A stretch of 40,328 nucleotides of DNA from Bugula neritina (GCA_964035545.1 CAXIUT010000272.1:1-40328); one strand, 5' to 3'; shown: positions 1 through 13,932, counted from the stretch's first letter. Numbers and translations: made by a program. The notes: generated from the letters alone by a model not told the origin.

Positions 1-69
1 CCCAACCCCAACCCCAACCCCAACCCCAACCCCAACCCCAACCCCAACCCCAACCCCAACCCCAACCCC
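1..69. repeat. Left telomere, (CCCCAA)n
   Basis: Perfect C4A2 tandem repeat at the very start of the window; oligohymenophorean (Tetrahymena-type) telomere repeat. Confidence 0.98.
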
Positions 70-441
70 TATATAATAATGTTAATATTGATTTAGTATT
101 GTTTTAATAGCTTATAGAATATTTAATATGATATTCTTTCCAGAACTGTTATTACTGACAATCCGATAAACTAAATATCAAACAATAACAAAGTAATCGA
201 TGAAAGAATACATTCTCCTACTCTAAATTCAAGAATGATATCCCTATTTCATAAAAAATAGTTTTTTCAAATTGATATTAAACAAAGCTTATCCTGAAGA
301 ATTTTTCATTATTATAGCGCCCAAATACATCTTTAAAGAAAGTTCTTTACTTCCTAAGGTTTAAGTTTTAAAAAATCAATAAGTCATTGAAAAATAAAAA
401 AAACATATGAGCAAAAAGAATCATTTAAGAGTGAACTGGCT

Positions 442-846
442 TCAGTTGGGGACTTGCTTGAAATCCTCACCGTCAGTTGAGTTTGAAAATTTAGTTTGGG
501 CCTAAATATCTTTATTATCCTGAGTCAATGTGGTGGAAGAAAGATTGAGAATGAGATTTTTGTTTTTGAATTCAAAGCTGAAGTTTTTGTTATTTGAGTT
601 CTTTTTGATGAAGAGAGTGCCCACTTTTTTGCGACTGTCATAGCACCAGACTTCTAGCTTGTCTATTTCTTCATGAGCTTCAACCAAAAAGGGAGAATCA
701 GAGGAAAGAACATCTTTTGTAGATGAGACTGATTAGATCTATTCATCATGGTAGGCGATGACATAGAAGTTGGTCTGTGAGAATCCAGTCTTGATTTTCT
801 TTAAATCTTTGATTTGTAGGAGAACCTTGTATTGGACTGTTGACAT
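442..846 (-). CDS. Hypothetical protein, 134 aa
   Basis: ATG 846 to TGA 442 is open with UAR=Glu (MSTVQYKVLLQIKDLKKIKTGFSQTNFYVIAYHDE...); includes ORF-track 502..687. Confidence 0.7.
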
Positions 847-1371
847 TTGCTTTTTAATTAATATAACATAAGAGATGAAATCTGGTATTTACAAGTGATA
901 CCTTCAGTAACAGTAAATCATTAATTTTACATAGTTTCATGATTTTATTCCCTTATTGACCCGTTATTACTCTAATTGAGCTTCATATTATTCTCTAATA
1001 TTTGATTATTAAGGATTAATGATAAATACAAAAAGGAAATTCTTGATATCTTCTTCATCTAATATTATAAAATAATGCATTATCATTCTTATAACTTTGT
1101 TTTTAACCTTTTGTTTGACTATTGTAGGATAAATAACTAGTTTCTAACAGTTTTAATCTTTATTTCAAAAAAAAGAGGATTAAATATATCAATTAACATA
1201 AAGTAACTCATTTCTCATCCTGACGATTCTTTTAAAGAGATAATTTCAAACAAAATAGTTCATATTCTATTAGTTTTAATCATTTAAATACTTTAAAACA
1301 ATGATTTTTTATTCTAAGATTTTAATAAAATCTAACAACAGCCTATATATTTCATAACATAATATATTTAT

Positions 1372-2403
1372 ATGCTAAATACTCGATAAAAGTACTCTCT
1401 CCAACCCCAAACAGCCAGCCGTTCTTAACTCATCAATAATATCTTCAAAGTCATCAGAAAAAAAAAAGCAGACCTTGTTCGATAAATCAGACATACAGAA
1501 AACAATGAATTATCCTTCCCCAATCTTCATGACAAATTTTACCACCCTAAAGAGAAATATCATAAAGGAAATAATAGTGATAACGATGAATAATAAAAAG
1601 GATAAACATTTGCCCATACCCCTGTCAACAAATACCGTAATGCTTTCAGAAACCAATCTGTAAAATATGATAGCACTTCTCTAAAAACAAATGACAGAAC
1701 AGGAAAATAACTATTTAAAATAGAAGTAGACAGAGATGAATATCAAATGAAAAGTAATCGCATTATGTCATAAGCGACTCAATTACCTCATAAAATAATT
1801 TTTAAGACAGCATAAATTTAATCAAGTGATCTTCCCAAGAAAATATAAATTAATAATTTAAATAACTTACAAAATGCAAAAAAAATGTTCAAATAAAGTA
1901 TCATCAAAATACCAAAATCAATCAAAAATAGAAATTAAGCAAGTTTATTGTAAAATATTCGATTATTAGAATTTTTTAACCCTTTTTTCAATAGAAATAG
2001 TAGAATTATCAACGTCTGTCTGCTAAAAATAGGGCATATCATAGTTAAAAATGACTAACTACTGTATAAGTTGGGAGAATAAAGATCTTATTTTTATATT
2101 GTACTTTTGGGTAAAGTAAAGATGACAAATGGAGGTTTAAAAAAGATTTGTCAGACTGGATAGACTCTTTTATAGGAGATATTTTTCAATGGAAGAGATA
2201 AAAAAATATCTTTAGAAAGAGCTAAATGTATAGGATAAACATATTTGCTCCAGATTGGAATAGGATAATATAAACGTATGAAAGAACAAATGATAAAGCA
2301 TCGGTTTAGAATTGAAATGCAGGAGATGTAGGTTTTAGTTAAAAGAAATTTCATAGTAAAGAATTGGCTTAGAAATAAAATAAAGAAATAATACTAAAAT
2401 TGA
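1372..2403 (+). CDS. Cyclic nucleotide-binding domain protein, 343 aa
   Basis: 344-codon frame with no internal TGA; C-terminal LYKLGEERSYFYIVLLGKVKM...TGETLLEEIFF...ERAKCIGETYLLQI resembles a cNMP-binding beta-roll. Confidence 0.7.
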
Positions 2404-2885
2404 TATTGAGTTTTTTTATATTACTATTATTCTATAATATTAAAAGAAAAATAATATTCAGTAATACCATCTAAAACTATTATAAGACTTAAAATATATT
2501 CTTATTCTGTCATTCTATTGATAACTGTCATTTTGTATGTCATAATAATAAACAATGAGATCGATATTTTTTCTCATCAATATAAAAGGATGTTTTTGTG
2601 TAAAGGTAAGAGAAAAAGCAAAGATGATGTCTGCAACTTTGTATAAATTGCTTCTTAATCTTTTAATTTAGGATACTATTACTTGATTATTGTCAAAATA
2701 TTTTTAAATTTATTCAATTTTAATCCAAATTGAGAAAAAATCAACAATTTATCAATGAAAACTAAGATAAGGTCATTTTTTCTGAGTCATCTTATGTAGA
2801 AGGAGATTGATAGCTCTTTTTATATAAATAATTATAAATATTTAAATGATAATTTTGATTTTATAAATGATAAGATAATCACTTC

Positions 2886-4255
2886 TCAATAGAAATAAAT
2901 AAAAATAAAAATAAAATGAATTTTTATTTAATAGTTATGACTTCTTTTTCTCTATCTCAAAATAACTTCAAAAACCTCATATTCTATCACTTTTAAGAAT
3001 TAATCCCGAGTTGCTCCTGAAAAGGATCTGTAGATCTACTGGCTGCTAGAATATTTGTCTTTACCTGATAAGTTGTATGTTGAGGGAAATTTAGCTCTGG
3101 ATTATCTGTTTTTGTTGCATTAGTTAACAATTTGGAGATCCCAGCCACTTCCGAATACTGGAACATAACTACTATTACATTGAATTAGACATCATCCTTT
3201 TTATCTTTAACATAGCATTCTATATTTCATATTAGAAAGGCTTCCCTATTGAGATTACTAGCACAATTTTTATCAGAAACTTGATTCCATTGATATTAGG
3301 AATAACCATCAATGATATTTCCAAACTCTGTTAGAACCAAAATAAAAGTATATTCGACATTATCACATTTTCTGACTTGATTTTCTGAGGCTCTGAACAG
3401 CAACTCTAACTTTATTGGATAATTAAGAACATACATCAAGAATTTAATTTGTTGTTGTTGATATATGATCTTAATTATACAAGAATTTTAGAGTTGATTT
3501 AGACTTTAAAAAAAGGATTTTCAATCTCTATTCTTTCAACTTCGTTTGACATAGGTGGGCCTCTGAAATACTGTTTTTTTTGAAGTTTTTATTCCTTATA
3601 ATCTATTTTTTTATGACTCTATTTCTCTATTTCTGAGTTGCCATTTCAATCTTGTTCAGCTTGCCTTAGAAAAATTCTTGTTGATTCCTAAAAATATCCA
3701 TTTTCTGACCTAGCATTTTTATCTCATCTTGCACTCTTTTCATGTTCTACATTTTAGTCAATGTCTTCAAATTCTAACTATTTTATTTCCTTATCTCTTT
3801 GATTCCTTAGTGAAAGTCAGCTTTTATCTATTTTGAGATTTCTTGATGATTTTTTTCTTTAATTTGAAAAAATTGTTGAAACAGCCATTTGTTTTTGAGT
3901 TTTTAATTGTTTAGTTCACTGATTAATACCTATTTGTCTTTTTCCAAACTTATTTTTTCCTTTCTTATTTGACTTCTTTCTTTTTTCAAACTCTTTCTAG
4001 TTTCTTTAAGATCCTCCAAAAGATGGAAAAGGCTCGATGCTTTAATTGGTGACAGATTCTCTACAGGTAGGACAGTCGATAGTATCAACTCAAGGATTTT
4101 TTTTTTAAGCATGTCATTGATACAAAACTTGCAGGCAGAATGTTGACGGATGCAAATCAGCATTGGAGGTCTTTTTCGATCAAACTTTTTGTAGCAGATC
4201 TGGCACTACCACTCCTCCAACTCCTACCACTCCTACACTTTTAGAACTATTCCGT
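2886..4255 (-). pseudogene. Degenerate RING finger + coiled-coil + TLDc domain gene
   Basis: RING CQICYKKFD..PMLICIRQHSACKFC...CPTC is split over frames. TLDc motifs LELLFRASEN, KCDN..TFILVLTEFG, VFGSGWDLQI, FPSTYN, FSGAT and YEVFEV are present. It has in-frame TGA, frameshifts, substituted conserved Gly residues and no ATG (ACG at ~4255). Boundaries approximate. Confidence 0.7.
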
Positions 4256-4446
4256 TAAACTAATATTATCTAAATCCTATTAGTTGTGATCTAAATGGTA
4301 TTTAAAAGATATTACTTCAGATGTATTTAAATTGATTATTTTTATTTTATTAAAGAGATAATATAGGATTGTCTATTTTTCAACTTGATTTCGATATTAT
4401 TTTTTTAAATATAAATTCCAGACTCTAGATATTAGGTGAAACATTA

Positions 4447-4920
4447 ATGTGTAAGTATCTGACCTGCAAGGATTAGTTTTAGGCTCAGCAGGCTTTTTAG
4501 AATATTTGACCAGGACGGTTCTGGTTCTATTTCTATAAGAGTACTTCACTATCTATGATAGTCATTGATCAGATACTAAATACATTGTGTTTAGACTCTT
4601 CATGAGTAGTAGTTGCAGTTAATGATAAGTCAAATAGATAAAGAGGATAATGGGTTTATTGGTCATACTTGATTTTTATAGTTAATTGCACTTAAGAAAA
4701 TAGCTAATCGCAGTGAGAGATGTACTTATAGACCTTCAATGAGATTGATGGTTCTGATAACGGATCGATTAACAAAGAAAGAGAACTATATATTAGTATG
4801 CTAGGTTGAGTGAGATAGATCAGAAAGAGATCAGATAATTCATATGTTGATACTTATTTTGATGGGAAATTGAATTTTAGTCTTGTGATTAATATGTTGT
4901 ATCGAACTCCTCACTAGTGA
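4447..4920 (+). pseudogene. Calmodulin/centrin-like EF-hand pseudogene
   Basis: Remnants AF-IFDQDGSGSIS, EEELQLMISQIDKEDNGFI, FNEIDGSDNGSI and DTYFDGKLNF lie in different frames; in-frame TGA where an EF-loop Glu is expected. Confidence 0.7.
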
Positions 4921-5143
4921 TATCAATAGACTGTTATTATGTTTGCTTCTTTTGATCTTTTGGAGGTAAATATATCAAAATTATGTCTATCATAATGTTT
5001 ATATTTGATTAAATACCTATATTTAAGTTGATAATTTGGATCAAATATTTTTTATTATTGATTAAGTAACTATATATCATAAGGAATTATCAAAAATAAC
5101 AATAATAAGTTGATAATAATAGTTTTCGAATCTAACATAACCA

Positions 5144-5422
5144 ATGATAGCTACTCTAACAACCCTCACCATGTCTTTCACTCGAGTGCCCATGATCAAA
5201 TTCCTAGGTCCTCGCCATCTCCTCAAACATGTTCCAACTCCCCAACCATCTAACTCCAATCAAGTCAAAATGAATCTCTCTCCCCTGACGTCAGGACCAG
5301 CAATAGCCCGTCCTTCCATCTATGTGCCTGCTCTGGAGTAGTGGCAAATCGAAACAATAAATTCAGGAGGAGCAATAGAAGGGAAGGCAGTGAAAGTGAA
5401 GTCTTTAAAGGTAAAGAAATGA
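5144..5422 (+). CDS. KGD4: KGD4/MRPS36 (YMR31) family, 2-oxoglutarate dehydrogenase accessory subunit
   Basis: N-terminal RVPMIKFLGPR and C-terminal LE(TAG)WQIETINSGGA match the family motifs PLIKF.G.R and EIE.INSGGA; start could be 5171. Confidence 0.8.
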
Positions 5423-5486
5423 GCATTATGATCGTTAATAGATTGACAAGGTATAGTTTAGAAAACAAATTTTAAGAGTGAAACAA

Positions 5487-6755
5487 TCACTTTTTATTGA
5501 ATTTAAACTTAGATAAAAAAGTTCCTGTTTTTTATACCATCGAACTATAACTCCATCTACGGTTTTTATCTTACTCCTACCTCAACTTCTACTCCCTTTA
5601 TTCCTCTTTCTTCAGCTCTATCTGTTCATTTAGCTTAAGATACAACTTCTCAATATTGACTTTACTATATTTATCATATAATTTAGTTGCTATTTCTATT
5701 ATCTTTATCACATTAACATCTCGTAACTTTTGAATAGCTGGAAGAATATTAGCAAATTATTACTTCATTATTATCTCCTTTCGATACTTCAAAACTCCAA
5801 TACAACAACAATAGAGATAAAAGTAACGCTTATAACCTTCAAAACTAAACATCATATCCCACAACTTCATAGTCTAGTATAATCCAAATTCTTGAGCTAA
5901 CAACAAAGTCAACCACCTGAAACTATAGTATTAGGGTACTATTTTTTAATGATCAAGCCTAAGCCAAAGTTCATAATCTACAACCTTCAAATACCTGTTT
6001 AACATATGCATTCTACCTGTAATTCCATGTTCAGATGAGTCCATATCTTTGATATGCATGTCAATTAGAAAAGTCATCAAAGAAGAAAACATAAAAAATA
6101 CTTCAGATTAAGAATACTGCGTATACTTTTGAAATTCTAAGTAATACAGAGGAGCAAGTATCTAATTCATTCTATATTTCATTACTATTACCCCTGAACA
6201 TATCTAACTGTGGGATTTATTCTTCCCCAGATATAGAGAATTCTACTCAGTACGTCTGAATTCTTGGTTGGTCGATTGATATAGATTGTTGTGTGATCGA
6301 TTTGCTTTTGAAAAAAATTAAGAATTGAGTGGGTTCTACGGGTGTCCAGTTCAATTTCATTCCAGAGTTGTTAGTCGAATTTGTCTTTGATGTTGAGCAG
6401 ATCGTCTTAGTCTATGTATTTTCCCATGAATTTATCAACTAGGGATCTGTAGAGTTCAAAATTTGTTTTTTTTGTGGAAAGCCAGAGTTCAGGGTTGAGA
6501 GGCAAAGTTTCGAGCAATACTGAGAACAATAGACCTACTGGTACATTTCCAGATGTGTGATCGCAAAAGGGGAGCCTCTTCCAGATGTCCCATCTTTGAA
6601 AATTATTGAATTGTTTTTCTGGAGGGGCCTCCTATTAACAACTCCATGATATGAACTATTTCTTTTTGGACGTTATGGTCTAACAAGTTGAAATTGGGGA
6701 CCAAATCTTCCTTTAGACTATGTACTTACACTGGAGCGCTCTCGTTGAAGTTCAT
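5487..6755 (-). CDS. TBC-domain Rab GTPase-activating protein (TBC1D13-like), 407 aa
   Basis: LRSHIWKLLL, IELDTRRT, YVQGMN(TAG)ILAPLYY, FRWLTLLLAQEF, KLWD; two inferred introns (25 and 20 nt) restore the frame. Confidence 0.9.
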
Positions 6756-6858
6756 CAGTTATTGACTTTATTTATATCGAATACTCAGTTTTTAAATAAT
6801 TCAAAATCAAAAGAATAATATCAAAAATAACTATAATATCAGAAAAATAACAGCTCAA

Positions 6859-8160
6859 TCAATATTACTATATGATCATTTTATCCTACTCAGCGAGTTA
6901 ATCTAGTTAAAATCCTACAAGCAAAGTTGGAACTGAACAACTTTTTGTTAGCAATTGTTTGCGGTCTATTTCTCTTTTCACTTCAAGACTATCACAAATA
7001 AACTAACTCCATTTCTCAACCTAACCAATCAACTTCTCATTGAACTTTTTAAACACATCAATATCTGATTAGAAATACTGAGTCAAAACCTTTGAATACT
7101 CCTTTAACCTGTCTTGAGTCATAAACTTTAGACCCTGAATTTATCCTTCCTCATAGTACTGTTTCTTATGAGTAGCATAGCGACAGTAGTGTCGATCATA
7201 TTATGCCAATCTTAGAGCAAAAATGGTATTTTATGCATAGAGTAATATGCATTTTTTTTACATCTTTTATAAACTACGCTAATATATTTGCTTTATACTA
7301 ATTAGTTCTTCATTTTTTTATATTGCTTCATTTAAAGCTTACTCATGGAGTTATTTACTAAGTTTTTACTTTTTTAATAATCTTATAAGTTATTTGTTCG
7401 GATCTCTTTTCTTTTTTTCTTTACTTTATTTGATATCCTTTTCATACTCCTAAGTTATCTGTTTTGATTTGTAAAGACTATTAACAAGATCATTGATTCT
7501 TTCATTATTTTTTTCCTCATATTTAAGAATTATATCTTCTGCTTAGGGATATTTAGCCATTATTTCTTTTTTAGTTTATTAAAAAACAACTAAATCTTTA
7601 GACATTTTATCATGTTATGTTTTGTAAAAACTTTTTTATTTGAGGATATTAGCAAAAAATTAATTAACATGACTTTATCCTATTTCTTTTTTAAATTGTG
7701 AAAGTTTATCATCAATTGTACTTTCCCCTAACTCTTCATATTTTTTAAGTCGAGCCACCACTGAACTGAAAGAATCTTCTTTATCATGAAGATATTTCCT
7801 CAGATCAACTATTTTATTCTAAAATTCAACCATTCTTTAGTTATAAAAACGTTTATCTTAGAGCCTCATCTGCTTTTACATCAATAGCAGTGCATTTAAA
7901 CTTTGATATTCTTCATAGTAATTCTTCAATTTATCAGATAATAAGTCATTTTATCCACTTAGTCGGTCGATAGGTTCCGAGTTAGGCCCATCTTTGTTAA
8001 TTTGTTTAAGAGTTTATTTATTGAGGTGCAAATTTTAATGCAAGTCTTCAAGATAATGTTCCCGCTTGATCCGCTACCTCTCCAGAAACTCTATTTTGTT
8101 CTTCTGGGTTTCATTAGCGATGAGAATTTCTTCTACATTGCTCACATAGTTGTCCTTCAT
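6859..8160 (-). CDS. Coiled-coil hypothetical protein, 433 aa
   Basis: 434-codon frame without internal TGA; E/K/L-rich heptads when UAR=Glu. Confidence 0.8.
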
Positions 8161-8272
8161 TAAAAATATTATACTCAAATCAAATATAACCTACTATTTA
8201 AATTAGAACTATCAATAAAATATAAGATTCTCAATTGAATTATTCAAGCCTAAAGACATATTCAAACAGCAA

Positions 8273-10478
8273 ATGGATATCATTGATTATCGTAACGGCA
8301 AATACCAAGGACCAATCTCTACATCCAAACTACGTTCAGGTCTAGGAATATTTATCGATGATGATCTTGCCTTCTATATCTCACATTGCAACAAAACCAA
8401 CTCAATGGACCCACCTTAGTCTACCTCACTCATGGAAAATATATGTACGGACAATGGAAACACAACTAACCTCATGGCTTAAACGTCTACCGTTCAGGAG
8501 ATACAGTCCTTCTAGCAGTATTTAAATAAGGCGAACCTACTGGACGTTGTTTACTTATTTTTTAGAAGTATAATTTTGTCTGTCTCATGGATAAAAAAGC
8601 GATGAGTGGGAGATCATAGAAAGAGGACATTTGACCAGTCATAATGTGTTGATGTAGTATTTAGAAAGAATGGAATGAAAGTACCAGATAACTACTTTTC
8701 ACTACTAAATTTGCATGTAGTTATTCGTTCAATAATAAGTATATTAAAACATTCCTTGTAAAGAAAATTATTGTTATTTTGGTTTTGTTAATGACTAGCT
8801 ATTATTTTAACTCAAATAATGGAGTTGTTTCAGTAGGATATCATAGAAATGAGACTTTATGTTAATTTGGAGGAATATTCAATGGTACAAAGGAAGGCTA
8901 GTAAGGTAATTTTGACAAAGATGGTGATAAAATAAAATATAGAGGAAAAAGACCTGAATCTAAAATTCACTCTGTTTTTCAAAATTTACATAAAAAAGGA
9001 ATGATATTCAACAACTAAGAATTTAGTCTAAAACTAAAGTTTTTGTAGGTATTAGATTTTGTTGAAAGGAAAGTTGTAAGAAATAGTTCAAAGAGATAAA
9101 AATAAAAATATTACAACTAACAGTCTTTAAGATAGTTTACAATATCATTAGTATAATTAGTAAGAGAGTATTAAATTGTACTAAAATCGATAGAAAATGT
9201 ACTCACCTCCAAAGAAAAAAATGTAAAAGAGTGGTAAATAAATATATAGACCTTATAATTTAGCAGAAACAAGAGTAATAGAGTACTATAACCTCCTAAA
9301 ATTAGATAAAAAGATGATAATAAAGAAATACTTAAAAATCATGATAAAAAATCAATTTAATAAACTTTTGTCAGTAATAATCAAATAATTTATAAGAATA
9401 AAGAGGAATTATAAGAAGAAGTATTAAGAGCAATTCACCTACATAGTCAAACCTCACAGAAAGTAGAATGATAGATAAAATATAGTGAAATAAAATATAC
9501 TTTAAAGAAGATAGAATCCTCATACGAACTTTACTTATAGATAATAAACAAATAATATTCAAGGAGTTTTGAAAAAAGGTAACAATATCAAAGAAAAACA
9601 TTTAATCGAGTAACCAAAATTAATTTCATAATTCAGTAGAAAAGCATATTTATAAAAAAATAGTCTATACAATGATAGTATCATCTAAAATCATCAAAAA
9701 TCAAGTACAAACTAAAATAATCACAAGCAAGCATCATTCAAATAAATGTCAGTAATATGTTAGTCCTTATATTCGCAAACAAAATCTCGAACATCAAAGT
9801 TCAACTTTTAAAGATCTTAAAAAATAAATAGAAGAAAAACATAAAAAGAATGCTGATCAATATTAATAAGAATAAAGAAATGTTACTCCAAAAAAAATAA
9901 AGATATAAATTAAAAGAATAAGCTGATGAAGTAAGTCCAGTAAGATAGAGATCTACTTCTACTAGAAAAGACTAGATATAAAGCAGATAGCTAAACCTTC
10001 TTATGAATAGATATAGTAAAGAAGGAAAAGAATTTTAAAGGAGTTTTAGATTTAAATAGTAACAAAGGATCAAAAAAAACCTTATTCTAGTTTTAAAATG
10101 TATCAGATGATCAACTTTTAGCAGAAAATAGAGCAAAGAAAGTAGTTTTGGATATACTCCTTTATCTATTTCTAACAAAATAAATTAAGTTCAGGTTATT
10201 AAAAAAGATATGCTTTTGAGAAAATAAGAGAAAGAGACTTATCTTCACGAAAAACATCATAAAATTCAAGAAGAATCATAAAGCATACTGAAAAAACTAA
10301 GTAAACACAAGAAAACTTGCTAAGCTAAAGTAATAACAGATTAAATATACGATAAAACGCAAGATATTCCTCCAAAATACGATAAAAACACATAATAAGC
10401 AATTTTATTGAATTTAAGCATCAAGTGAGTGTGAGTCCGAGTCTTCAGAAACGAACATACACCTATTTATTCGATTGA
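8273..10478 (+). CDS. MORN-like repeat N-terminus plus low-complexity tail; multiple -1 frameshifts as given
   Basis: YRNGKYQGPI..RSGLGIFID, SHW..NQLNGPTLVY, KYMYGQWKHNEPHGLNVY; needs single-base restorations at ~8388, 8599, 8673, 8793, 8798 and further sites. Confidence 0.65.
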
Positions 10479-10549
10479 CTGCAAATTTGATGTTTATGTA
10501 GAGTTTATCAAATATAACACTTAACAAAATAAAGCAACTCAAAGACAGT

Positions 10550-12511
10550 ATGATAGCCAATTTACTACAATCCAACACTCATAAACTAGTCCCCGAAGAA
10601 GCTGTCAAATCAACAGCTAGCAGTATCTTCCATTCAGCCCCCTCCAACTCAAATAAACTGCCTCCAACGCCAAATAGTGGGAAATTATCTTTTAGGTAGC
10701 ACAACTCTAAATCAGGTAAAAATATTGGACAAGGAACATTTGGTAAAGTCCACCTGGCTATGCATATACAAGTAGCGAGAAGGTGGCTATCAAGGTAATC
10801 GATAAAAAGAGTATGCGCCCCAAGGACATTGCCAGAGTTAAAAGTGAGATCAGTATACTGAGCTAGGTCAGACATAGGAACATTCTCCACCTGTATTAGA
10901 TAATATAAACTGAAAAGAGTTTGCTCCTCATTACTGAATTTTTATAGCGAGGAGAATTGTTCCGCCAAATAATAAAAGAAAAAAAGTAACTTATTTCATA
11001 TTTAGAATCAATTAACAACAAGCCTGTCTCTACTTCCAACAAATCATAGCCGGAGTCTAATATCTACACAACAACAAAATATCCCACAGAGATCTAAAAC
11101 CTTAAAATATTCTCATAGATCATGATCAACAACTCAAAATATCGATTTTGGTTTAAGCACCCATTATCATAAAGGAAAATAATTGAAATCATTTTGTGGA
11201 TCACCTTGCTATGCAGCTCCTTAAATCATTGAAGGAAAAGCTGGATATAATCCTGTTCAATGCGATCTCTGGAGTTGTGGAGTCATCTTATTTACCATGA
11301 TTTGTGGACATCTACCTTTCTGTGATTCTGATACTAACACTCTCTACAAAAAAGTCCTAGCTTGTAGCTATAAATACCTTCTTTTGTCAGTGGAGCTGCC
11401 AGAAATCTTATATAAAATTTATTAGTTAAAAATCCAACCAAAAGAATATCATAGCCTAACTTAAAACTCATTAATGGTTCAATCAAGGGACTACTCCTAC
11501 TTCTTATGGGATAAATGCTGGATAAAAGTTGAGAGTAGATTATGACCTTATATAAAGATGAAATAGTTTAAAATATCTACAGAAAAATTGATATAAAGTT
11601 TATCAAGTGGATAGATGAACAAAGATACAGCTTCTTACTTTATAGTTATGAAAAAAATGGCAAAAATAAAGAAAAAATATCATCATATATAGGCTCTGAC
11701 AGTTTTGATTCTTCTTACATTTAAAAATCAAATGAAAAGGGCATTGACAATGAAACTTAGTTCCAAGTGATCCTATAACTATTATCTAATCAACAAGTGG
11801 ACCTGAAATGATGGATACAGAATAAAAACTTGACTCAGGAATGGCAGTTGACAGCATTAGATGGACTTCAACTGGAATCTTAGAGCAATAAAAAAGTCTT
11901 AGTCAAGAAGAACTAACAAAAACTCTTTAGGGAATTCTTGGACTTATTGAAATAAAGAAGAAGGCGAAAAGATACCAAAAATAAAAGAACTATTTATTCA
12001 ATAAAATAAAAATAAAAACAAAAGAACAATATCAGATAAGAAGGAAAGTTAATTTTATTCAAATAACAAAAATAATGTAAAAGGAGTAGATAATCTACAA
12101 ATGTATAAAAAATTACTTTTACAAGTAATATAAATAAAATTAGAATCATATAAAACAATTTAACCAGCTCAAACCTAACAAACAAATCATTTTAATAAAC
12201 TTACATCAGAATCTTCAAAAAAGAATAAAGTAAAATCGGTTCTTCCTCATTTATAAAATAACAAAATGAGATCTTCTTCTGTTTATTAAAAAACTTTACT
12301 AAGAACTCCAAGTATAAAACCAGGTAAATCTCAAGTAGCAGGCATGGATAAATTAATAAAATCAGTAGATAAGAAAGAAGTGAAGAAGATTTTACCATAT
12401 TTGAACTATCCTCAAAAAACAAAACTAAGATAAAAAATGTCTAAAATGATTTCAAAACCTTCAGAAATCATCTTAAAAAATTAAACAAAAGAATGAAATC
12501 TATTTTCTTGA
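10550..12511 (+). CDS. SNF1/AMPK-like (CAMK group) Ser/Thr kinase with UBA-like region; multiple -1 frameshifts as given
   Basis: IVGNYLLGKNIGQGTFGKV, EKVAIK, HRDLKP(TAA)NIL, DFGLS, FCGSPCYAAP(TAA)II, DLWSCGVILF; introns 10696-10715 and 10986-11005; 3' end approximate. Confidence 0.85.
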
Positions 12512-12580
12512 TATCTATCAAATATTTTATCAATAACAACTACTATATATTATCTAATAACTTTTATAATATGATGCAGA

Positions 12581-13799
12581 TCAATACTTTTGTCCTTCTG
12601 CCTTTATTGATTACTCATAAAGTTTTCCTCTGATAAAATCTTAATAATAAAAAAGTTACGTTTGTTATTGTCAACATAAATATTGGCAGTAAGGTCTGAC
12701 ATTTCTACTTAGGATCAGCCTCAGCTAATTTTATCTCTTCCTTTACATGCTATAATGCTTCATCTTCAATAGTCTTAGTGAATTCAATAAGTACTTATAG
12801 TTCTTATTCGGTGGCTAGTTTGTGTTGAAGAGCGATATCATGAAGCGTAAGGATAGGATCTTTACTTTTCCTATAGTCTTGGACTTCTTCTCTTTTTCTA
12901 TAAGTGCTTCCTGGGTCAGACATCGAATGTCCATGATATCTATAACACATAATCTCAATGAAAAGAGGTCCATTCTCCAAAGACCACTATTTAGCAAATC
13001 TGAATGCCTCTCGCACTTCATAAACATTGTTTCCTTCAAACCTGATACCAGGAATAACATCACCCTTGTATAAAATTCAGTATTCATTGAAGATCGAACC
13101 ACAGATGTTCCCATCCCATATTTATTGTTCTCACAAATGTAAAGAGCAGGAAGTTTCCATAACTTAGCAATATTCGCTGACTCAAACAGTTGTCCTTGGT
13201 TGGCAGCTCCATCTCCAAAAAGGATACTTGCCACATTACTCTTACGCTGGTACATTAGTGCAAAAGCTAGTCCTGTACCAACTGATATCTGTGCCCCTAC
13301 TATACCATTTCCTCCATAGAAGTTGGTGTCTTTTTTATAGTAGTGCATAGATCCTCCTTTTCCTTTGGTAGCTCCATTACGCTTTCCTAACATTTCAGCA
13401 ACAATCTATCTGACAGAATAACCTCTCTTGTATGCTTGACAGTGGATTCTATATGCTCCAATAAGAGGATCTTCGGTATTGAGTACTTCTTCCATGCCTT
13501 AGGGGATAGCTTCCTATCTAGTTATATTGGTACTTGTCCATCGTAGAGATGGCAAAATCCTCTGATTTTTTTTTGCTTGTAAAGAATATCACAGTTTATT
13601 TCCATGTTTCGCATAACACAAAGTTCCCTAAAATTTTTTAGAAGTTGTTATCGAGTGACGGTTGTAGTAAGAGGAACAGAATCTTCTGGCAATTTGTAAA
13701 AAAAAGGTTTTCGCTTGATATTAAAGAAGGTACAAGTTAAATGGTAGCTTCTTTAACGGTTGAGAAAAGCTTGATGCCTTTTTTGACAAACATCTGCAT
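12581..13799 (-). CDS. PDHA1: Pyruvate dehydrogenase E1 alpha subunit, mitochondrial
   Basis: [56 protein letters not shown]; four inferred introns (20, 20, 21, 20 nt); two -1 frameshifts (~13064, ~12709). Confidence 0.97.
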
Positions 13800-13932
13800 T
13801 AATAGATTCAAAAAATAATCATCAGAAAATGATAATTAAATAAGAACAAACACGATTATTTAAATTATCTAAAAAAAAGATATGATTTAGGTATTTGGTT
13901 TGATCATTATAACGATTTCAATAAAACAAACA

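Noticed and set aside
70-440. Conserved chromosome-breakage motif next to the telomeres
   Set aside because: No shared motif seen between left and right subtelomeres and no Tetrahymena Cbs-like 15-mer
1401-1410. Internal CCAACCCCAA telomere-like word
   Set aside because: Under two repeat units and lies within coding sequence (LQPQ)
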